A DNA stretch of 64,000 nucleotides, taken from NCBI RefSeq assembly GCF_009914755.1, contig NC_060928.1, one strand, 5' to 3'. Both the position numbers and the translations under genes were made by a program. Source of the stretch: the human T2T-CHM13v2.0 reference genome, Homo sapiens. Below the pieces are notes generated by a model. It was not told where the DNA came from. It did no database searches and saw only the letters and a program-made list of their open reading frames with translations. Each line of letters opens with the position of its first letter. The first letter of the stretch is position 1. Shown here in pieces: positions 54,380 through 64,000 of this stretch.

Positions 54380-55320
54380 TTAGACAGGTAAATAGCTCCA
54401 ATTTGTATCTGCTATCCCTTTTCAGTAAAATTGTCTTGCTGATATTAAATATCAGTTCTCTCTAACCCCTAACCAAGAATAGATTTCTAACCCACTAAAA
54501 CAAAAAGGATATTCTATTATTCTCTATGTCTAGTACAGTAAATGTGTTGCCTAGTACAGTAAATGTGTAGTACGAGTAACGGTCATCCCACATCCAGGAG
54601 AGATCTGCTATGCAAACTCTCTTCCACCTATTCATTCAGAAAACAGTACTTACTTACTTAAATGCCATTCATTTTTCCAGATATCCAAAACATAAGATAA
54701 GCCATGCCTTCCCAAACAACTCTTAGTCAAATGTGATATTTGATTCCTGGACCACTTGCACAGAATCCCCTGGGGGACCTTCCCAGGCCTTTGTTAATTC
54801 TCTTAAGCCAGCTCCAAACCTCCTCTAACCATATTTACCAATCTCTCCATTTCATTCTTCAAAACTTCTTCAAACAACCCACTTACTCAATTAAATCCAC
54901 AGTTGAAGTACTTATATACACTTACATTTCCATCAAAGAAACTAAGTACACCAAGGTATATTTGAAGAATGACTCTGAAAATCAAAACCCTGTACTGGGT
55001 GATATGCAGAATACTAAGGAGGGTGATCCCTAGCCCTCCAAAGTCATTAGTTTCAAATGAATGCAAGAAAGTAAAAATTACTGACAATTCAAAGCAACTT
55101 AATAGGGTCAATGACTGGTGATAATAAATGCTCAGAAAAGACAAGGAATATTTGATGATTTTGTAAACATTTGCTTAAATTAGAACCTAAAAGAAATGTG
55201 TACACAATTTTAGACAGAGAAAAGGGAGGTCCAGGAGAAGCAATAAGAAAAATGTGCTTGATGTATCAGGGTAAACGAGCAAAATAACCTCGTTTGAAAG
55301 GAGAGTTCATGGTAGATAAT

Positions 55321-55781
55321 TGCATTAGTTTGTCCGGACTATCAAAACAAAGTACCACAAACTGGGTGGCTTAAACAACAGATGTATATTGTTGAACTGT
55401 TGCTAGAACTGTGTCGAAAATCAATGTGTCAGCAGGGTTGATTCATTCTGGGAGCTGTAAGGGAGAATCTTTTATGCTCCTCACTTAGCTTCTGGAGGTT
55501 TGCTGGCCTTCCTTGGCACTCCTTGGGTTGTTCATTCATTACGCTAATCCTTGTCTTTATGTGCACATGGTATTCTCCTGTGTGGGTATCTATCTGTGTG
55601 TCTGAATGTTCCCTTTTTGTAAGAACGTCAGTCATACTGGATTAAGGCTCACCCTAGTGATCTCATTTTAACTTAATTTCCTCTGCAAAGACCCTATTTC
55701 CAAAAAAGATCATATTTTGAGGTACTGAAGATTAGGGCTTTAACATACCTTTTTGAGAGGGTTACAACTCAACCCATAACA
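55321..55781 (-). mobile_element. MLT1 solo LTR
   Basis: AAAGTACCACAAACTGGGTGGCTTAAACAACAGA...CAACTCAACCCATAACA. Confidence 0.88.
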
Positions 55782-57539
55782 ATAATAAAGCGAGAGATGG
55801 TGAAGATGTGGGATCATCTTGCATAGCAATATCTTACCTGCTAAGCAACAGGGAAATTTTTAAATCTCATAAGGAGACATGTGACATGATGAAAGTGTTT
55901 GGGAGGAGGTTATAATGGAGGGATAAGGGTGATAAATCTTGCACAGGAGAGAGAGAAAACTTAGAATTCAGACAATGTGGAAGCTATTACAATAACCCAA
56001 ATGTAAGGTCCTGGGAGCAGCCTGGACTTCCTTTTACAGGAGACTAGTAAGAAAAATATATATATGCAAGAGACATGAGGGAAAGAATAAAACGTGTTGA
56101 CTAATTAGATATAGGTGGTAGCAAAAGGATTCCATGCTCCGAATGCAAGTGCTGGAAAGAATAATGGAGTCAGGTTGGGAAACCAACTGCTCAGAGGCAA
56201 TAAATTTGATTCTAGATATGTTAAATTTGAGGTAGCCTCAGGACTTTGAAGCTGAATGCTTAGTAGGCAGTACCAGAAGTTAGAAAGAGATCAGATTTAA
56301 CCTTGTAAATGTCAGAGTCATCATCAGCTAAGAGGATTCAAGGTTTCCTTTCACAGATCTTTAGAAGTCTTTTCTGAAATAAATTCTGAGAAGATTTAGC
56401 TCAACTCTGATCGATTAATTTTGCCACCGATTTTGTGAGCACCTGCTCTTGAGCGTGTGAGGCTGAGAATCAAGGTTAATGAGGTTTGTGAGTTTTGTTT
56501 TGTTTTTTTTTTCAAAATAAGCTAAAATGATAAAAGGTTTTATTCCAAGACTCAAGTGAGTATCATCAACGTGATGTCATTTCCAGGAAAAGTTCAATAT
56601 ATTAAATTCTCCTAATATTTTAGTTCCTCCTAAAAGCATGTTAGACACTGTATAAAATCACATTGAAAGACACCAAGAACCATAAGTTTCTATCAACTAA
56701 AGGTCTTCCTGTGGATGCACTCCCAGTAATGCAAAAGAGTTTAGATAGTTTTCAAAACTGACTCTGAAAGTACAAGTTGTGCACCAGAAGAATATGAGTC
56801 TGTATTTGCTTAAGAAAAAAAAAAGTATATATATATATATAAAGGATTCCTGCCAATTTCTACTCACTACAACTACCCTTTGTTTAAGAGAAGACTATCA
56901 GTCTAGAAATGAACTCATCAAACCTTTTTACATCATCCATAGAAATCCAGTACGAGGGACATATATAATCACCAATATTTTTCTACAACTTCTCCTTGTT
57001 AATGTTTTAAATTTCGAGTTACTATCAAGAGGAAGTTTATACACAATACTAATAAAAGCCAATCTGACAAAAGCTTCTACCAGGATAAGTATACGGATAT
57101 TTGAAAATAAGAACTTTACCTAAAATTATTCAACTTAAAATAGAGTTTTTAATTAAGAATACTTATGAAAAATGCTAGGAAACATTAATTGCAGCCAATC
57201 CAAAAACTCAAATGTGCCCTAAGTGAAAGAGGTGAAATATAATATTTTAAATTAAGATTCAAAGTTTTGCACATTGGAAAAAGAAACATGAAAATTTTTA
57301 AAAGATTTGAAGTTTTCAGTGACTGAATGTGACAAAGAAAAGAGTTTTGTTGTATTTTGTATTCGGCGACAGTTATTTTGGGAACAACCCTTGCAACTAA
57401 GATGAAATACAAAATCCAAACTCAGGCCGCAGTTTTAAAAGCTCTGCATTAAAATGCCGCTGGCTCTTCTCCAGCTTTATCTCAACCACTTCCCTGTTAA
57501 CCACTGTCCTCTGGCCACAATGGACTCTTTAAGATTGGC

Positions 57540-57828
57540 TTTTTTTTTTTCTTTTTGAGACAGAGCCTCACTCTGTCACCCAGGCAGTGGAGTGATCTTG
57601 CCTCACTGCAATCTCCACCTCCCGGGTTCAAGGGATTCTCCTGCCTCAGCCTCCTGAGTAGCTGGACCACAGGCATGTGCCACTACACCCGGCTAATTTG
57701 TTGTATTTTTAGTGGAGACGGGGTTTCACCATCTTAGCCAGGATGGTCTCGATCTCCTGACCTCGTGATCCACCCACCTCGGCCTCCCAAAGTGCTGAGA
57801 TTACAGGTGTGAGCCACCGTGCCCGGCC
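57540..57828 (-). mobile_element. Alu (AluY/Sc-like), minus strand
   Basis: Poly-T start, ends GAGCCACCGTGCCCGGCC; degenerate TSD AAG(A/T)TTGGCT. Confidence 0.95.
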
Positions 57829-58149
57829 AAGTTTGGCTATCTTTCTAGACAGGGTTTACCTCAAACCCTTTTCCCATAACTCCTTCATTGTCTTGCTAAC
57901 TTTACTTGCCCTGCAGGTCTCAACATGCATGTTACTTCATCAAAGTGGTCTTTCCTATCCTTGCCCTACCTCTCTCAATCTGAATTGTCCCATTACAATT
58001 ACTCCCTCTTATCACGGTTTTTCATGGGGTATTTATTTGTATGCTTATTTAATTAACACTTGACTCCCTCAATTGTGTAAAATACATGAAACCATGGGAA
58101 AGATTAGCCACTTGAATGTTATTTAGAGAGCAAAACAGGAATTGTTACT

Positions 58150-58465
58150 CTCATTGCAACTGTTATTTCCTCACTAGCACTTGTCACAATTATATAACTT
58201 CTTAATGTAATAAAAATGTAATTATAGATATTTGGAATGTTTATTTGCTGATTTCTGTCTCCTCCATTTGCCTATACCTCCAACAGGATAGGGAACGTGA
58301 TTGTTTTGTTCTCTGTTTATCCTCAATGGCTACATAAAGAGCCCAGAGCAGAGCAGAATCTCAACAATTTTTTTGTGGCTAGATAAAAGGATAGGTGGAT
58401 GGATGGATGAATGAATAGATAGATGGATGAATGGATGGATAAATGGATGAATGAATTAATGAATA
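58150..58465 (+). mobile_element. L2 3' end with (GGAT/TGAA)n tail
   Basis: CTCCAACAGGATAGGGAAC...TGTTTTGTTCTCTG followed by GGAT/TGAA repeats at 58390-58465. Confidence 0.65.
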
Positions 58466-58989
58466 AAATGAACTTTGTGGTTAATCTTCCCTCCAAGAAA
58501 AGGATTTAGGGCTTGAACTTTGCAATAAAAAATCAGTTTTTGAATAAATATATGCCTAACCTGACCATTCTGCCTTCTCAATCTTCCCAGTGTAGAATGA
58601 TTTATAAATGCTCCATGAGAAAACATTGAGACAGTATGTCCTGGACCCCAGTGTAGGAAAAGATGGTATATGCAGTTACTCCTTCTATTTTCCTACTGTC
58701 TCATCTTTAATTATTCCCACAAATATTACATTTTGCTGCTTGAAGCCAAGGATCTCTCTCCTCCAGCTGTTCCATTCTTCCCATCTCTATGTCTTCAACC
58801 CAACTACCTGGTACCTTCTGTGGTTTGAACACAGTGCCAACACAACAGGCCTACCTCAAATAAGCAAGAGCAAAAGCCAAAGCCTCCTGTTAATGATGGA
58901 CTCCTTGGGTGATCTTGGATCAATAGATCTGATAGAAACACAGTATCCCAGGATGAAAGAGCATTAAAATACATACTTAAGATGACTCA

Positions 58990-59323
<334 letters not shown>

Positions 59324-60259
59324 TTAGTTCAATTGCCCATGTAATATTTGAATCTATTTTATAATTAAGACTTCTAGAAGCAAAAAGAAAATGACATATG
59401 TAAAAGTTTAAATCAAGAACACTCTGTCTTTAATTTCTCTACCTTATCCCAAGAATCTACCATAAGCAAATAAATCTCGGATTTCCTTTCCTAACACAAA
59501 AGCAGACTATTGTCAATTGCAAGATAAACAGGCTGAAAAGAATGAGAATCATAAATGAATCAATAAAGAACAGGTGTTTGTCTAACCTTTTTATTGACAT
59601 ATTCACAGAAGATGATTGAAAGTCCAGCATTGTTTATTGACAATCCATTAGCCTTGTTTTGTTGAACATAAGATTTGATCTTGATTTACTCAACATGCAA
59701 ATCTATATTTGTATATATCTTTGTGGCTTTTAATTTATAATTCAGGAAATTTCTCTAGACTGTAGTTAAGATACCCTAAAGAACATCAAATTACTGTGTT
59801 ATATCAAATTAGTAACTATGAATTTTTCCTACACAGGGATTAGCAGCACACTATCTTGAACCTCTCCCTTGAATAAGTTACTCATGTCTTTAAACAGAAA
59901 TGGTCTAAAATTTTTCAGGGAGTTATTAAATTAAGGATTTTCTATTTTTAGTGATGAAGCATTCCCTTTTAATCTCCCAAGGTTCTAACATCATGGAAGA
60001 AAATATTAGCAGTAAAGTCCCTTAGGAAGTGTGCATAGTGGGCCCTATCATCAGCTGTGTTCTTCCCAGTGACGGTCCATGAGAATCACAGGAGCGACAT
60101 GGTGGGATTTTGCAGAATGATAAGGTCTCCAACAAACAGAACTTTAAAAGTTTTGAGTGGATCATGATCTACCATTTAAAGTACTTATTTAAGGAAACTG
60201 TACTTAAAATTAGTTGTGTGTACTTTGTATGGTTATTTCCTTCTAATATTTGTGTTTCC

Positions 60260-62478
60260 GTCCCATGGTCATGGATGGGTAGAATCAATATTGTGAAAAT
60301 GACCATACTGGCAAAAGCAATCTACAATTCGATGCAATTCCCATCAAAATACCATCATCATTCTTCACAGAACGAGAAAAAACAATCCTAAAATTCATAT
60401 GGACCCAAAAAAGAGCCCACAGAGCCAAAGTAAGACAAAGCAAAAGAACAAATCTGGAGGTCTCAGATTGCCCAACTTCAAACTATACTATACTACAAGG
60501 CAATAGTTCCTAAAACAGCATAATACTGATATTAAAATTGGCACATAGACCAATGGAAGAGAATAGAGAACCCAGAAATAAAGCCAAATACTTACAGCCA
60601 ACTGATCTTTGACAAAGCAAACAAAAACATAAAGTAGGAAATGAACATTCTATTCAACAAATAGTGCAGGGATAATTGGCAAGCCACATGTAGAAGAATG
60701 AGGTTAGGTCCTCATCTCTCACCTTATAAAAAAAGTCAGCTCAAGATGGATCAAAGATGTAAATCTGAGACCTGAAATCAAAAAAATTATAAAGATAACA
60801 TCCAAAAAACCCTTCTAGACATTGGCTTAGGCAAAGAGGTCATGACCAAGAACCCAAAAACAAATGCAACAAAAACAAAGATGGATAGATGGGACCTAAT
60901 TAAACTAAAAAGCTTCTGCACAGCAAAAGAAATAATTAGCAGAGTAAACAGACAACCCACAGAATAGGAGAAAATATTCCCAAACTACGCATCCAACAAA
61001 AAACTAATGTACAGAATCTACAAGGAACTCAAACAAATTAGCAAGAAAAAAACAAATAATCCCATCAAAAAGTGGGCAAAGGATATGAATAGACAATTCT
61101 CAAAAGAAAATATACAAATGACCAACAAACAAGCTCAACATCACTAACTATCAGGGAAATGCAAATCAAAATCACAATGAGATACAACCTTACTCCTTCA
61201 AGAATGGCCGTAATTATAAAATCAAAAAAATAACAGATGTTGGCATGAATGTGGTGAAAAGGGAACACTTTACACTGCTGGTGGGAATGTAAACCAGTAC
61301 AACCACTATGGAAAACAATATGCATATTCCTTAAAGAACTAAAAGTACAACTGCAGTTTGATCCAGCAATTCCACTACTGTGTATCTACCCAGAGGGAAA
61401 GAAGTCATTATATGAAACAGACACTTGCACACACGTTTACAGCAGCACAAATCACAAAATTGTGGAACCACCCTAAATGCCCATCAACAAATGAGTGGAT
61501 AAAGAAAATGTGATATAGATATAGGTAGTTATAGATATAGGTATATGCACCATGGAATACTACTCAGCCATAAAAAGAAACAATGAGATAATGGCATTTG
61601 CAGCAACCTGGATGGTGTTGGGGACCATTATTCTAAGAGAAGTAACTCAGGGAAAAAAAACAAACAAACATCGTATATTATAAGCAGGAGCTAAGCTATG
61701 AGGATACAAAGGCATAAGACTAATATCATGGACTTTGGGGACTGTATTAGTCAGGATTCCCTAGAGGGACACAACTAATAGGATAGATGTATATACGAAG
61801 GGAAGTTTCTTAAGGAGCATTGACTCACACAATCACAAGGTGAAGTCCCACAATAGGCCATCTGCAAGCTGAGGTTCAAGGAAGCCAGTCCGAGTCCCAA
61901 AACCTCGAAAGTAGGGACATCAACAATGCAGCCTTCAGTCAGCGGCCAAAGGCCCAAGAGCCCCTGGCAAATCACTGGTGTAAGTCCGAGAGTCCAAAAG
62001 CTGAAGAACTTGGAGTCTGATGTTCCAGGGCAGAAAGCATCCAGCATGGAAGAAAGAGGAAGGCTGGAAGACTCAGCAAGTCTGCTCATTTCACTTTCTT
62101 CCATCTGCTTTATTCTAGCCCCACTGGCAGCTGATTAAATGGTGCCCACCCAGATTGAGGGTGGGTCTGCCTCTCCCAGTTCACTGACTTAAATATTAAT
62201 CTTGTTTGGCAACACCCTCACAGACACACCTAGGAACAATACTTTGCATCTTTCAATCCAATCAAGTTAACACTCAATATTAACCATCACAGGGGCTTAA
62301 GGAGAAGGGTGGTAGGAGAATGAGGTATAAAAGACTGTACATTGGGTACAGTGTACACTGCTCCGGTGATGGGTGCACCAAAATCTCAGAAATCCCCACT
62401 AAATAACTTTTGCATGCAACCAAACGCCACCGGTTCCCCAAAAATTATTGAAATAAAAATTTAAAAATAATAATAATA
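60260..62478 (+). mobile_element. L1PB-type 3' portion (ORF2 C-terminus and 3'UTR) interrupted by an MLT2 LTR
   Basis: [13 protein letters not shown] peptide and ORF2 3' motifs. 3' end GGGTACAGTGTACACTGCTCCGGTGATGGGTGCACCAAAATCTCAGAAATC. Confidence 0.92.
61743..62291 (-). mobile_element. MLT2A solo LTR
   Basis: TGTATTAGTCAGGATTCCCTAGAGGGAC...CTCAATATTAACCATCACA; near-TSD GGGAC/GGGGC. Confidence 0.92.
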
Positions 62479-62839
62479 TCTGTGCTTGCATATTAGCCAA
62501 CAAACATATTTCAAAGCACTTTGAACCATGTAACAGAAAAATCAGTGTCTTTCTGGTCATATAGATTTCAGTTTGAATTACCCACCAATTATTTACTTAC
62601 TTTGACAAATTACTTCCTTTCTCTGAACTAGAATTTTTCCAGCAGAATAGAGATAACAATACCTAAATAGCCTAGAACCATAATGGCACATAGTAGATGT
62701 TCATTCCATTTCAGCTCCCTTCATCTATGTAAAAGTTAAGTGAGAATGGTATTATTATTAATACACTTGAATATAAAGTCAAGAACAAAACATACACTTA
62801 AAACAAACTGAAAATAACCCTCAGAAAGAATCAAGTATA

Positions 62840-63166
<327 letters not shown>

Positions 63167-63494
63167 TCACATAAGGAGCTGTCCAAGGTATTAAGTGGAG
63201 GGAAAAAAGCAAGTTTAAAAATAATATGTGTACTACTATATTTTGTTAAAATATTAATATTAATACTAAATGTTAATTTAAATAATATATAGGTATTTAA
63301 AATATATAGGATTTAAAAAGTATAGAGACCTATTATACAGCTTACAAAAAGTGTATATTTTTAAATATACAGGAATATATACCAAATTGTTTAAAATTAT
63401 CTGAGAAAAAGTGGAAGTATTCATAGGGGATTTTAACTTTCTACAATATTATATACTTCTCTAATATCTAGATTATTTTTAAAATATTAACTAT

Positions 63495-63552
63495 GGATGC
63501 ATTGGCTCACACCTATCATTTCAGCACATTGGGAGTCCAAGGTGGGCAGATC
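63495..63552 (+). mobile_element. Alu left-monomer fragment
   Basis: TGGCTCACACCTATCATTTCAGCACATTGGGAGTCCAAGGTGGGCAGATC. Confidence 0.75.
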
Positions 63553-64000
63553 TAAACACCTGTTTAGATTCAATAGCAATTAAGTCCAAAAGTGTACTTG
63601 GATCCTAAAGATCTATGTATTATGTTTTAGCAATCACATTGAGTAATGTTTATTTTAGAGTATGATGGGCTGTACTTGGTTCAGGTAATGTGGTCCCCAA
63701 GAGTTATTCATACTAGTTACACATAGGACTATTCTAACACATGTATTTATGTGTAAGTCTGGGCCTAGAGAGAAATGATTAAGCTTCCAGAAGATTGATA
63801 TAATCCTCACTCACCAATATATTATCATCTGCATATTTTGCTTCTGCCATGAAACTCTGGGTGGTGACCAAGGTGTTCTTAACATATCCCCTCAGCTCAA
63901 CTAAACTTTAAATAGGTTTCTTTCTGACTGTAGGCTCTTGACCTCTCTTGTCCTAGAGCATTTTAGAAATATTGTGATTGCATATCTTTCTCCGCCCCTT

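Noticed and set aside
54530-54573. Short tandem duplication of CTAGTACAGTAAATGTGT
   Set aside because: Common slippage-type duplication with no functional context.

Overview
AT-rich, repeat-dense primate (almost certainly human) genomic DNA from the SCPP cluster on 4q13. It contains the complete salivary mucin gene MUC7 on the + strand: TATA box at 33202, non-coding exon 1 ending 33325, signal-peptide exon 35041-35109 and a large exon 3 from 41827. The protein is 377 aa and carries six 23-aa PTS repeats. Most of the rest is Alu, L1 (including a decayed full-length L1PA), MIR, L2 and MaLR/ERVL LTR sequence. Three things are not explained by these features. (1) About 27-29 kb upstream of the MUC7 TATA box (3823-~6545) there is a decayed, Alu-interrupted, MUC7-like mucin terminal exon of about 800 codons, with an expanded cationic K/H/P region, a Thr/Ser domain and a MUC7-like C-terminus. 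(2) MUC7 intron 2 holds a ~310-bp-arm inverted duplication that can form a long hairpin. (3) MUC7 exon 1 contains a strong splice acceptor, which may link MUC7 to an upstream promoter. Repeat boundaries and subfamily names were judged by eye and are approximate.
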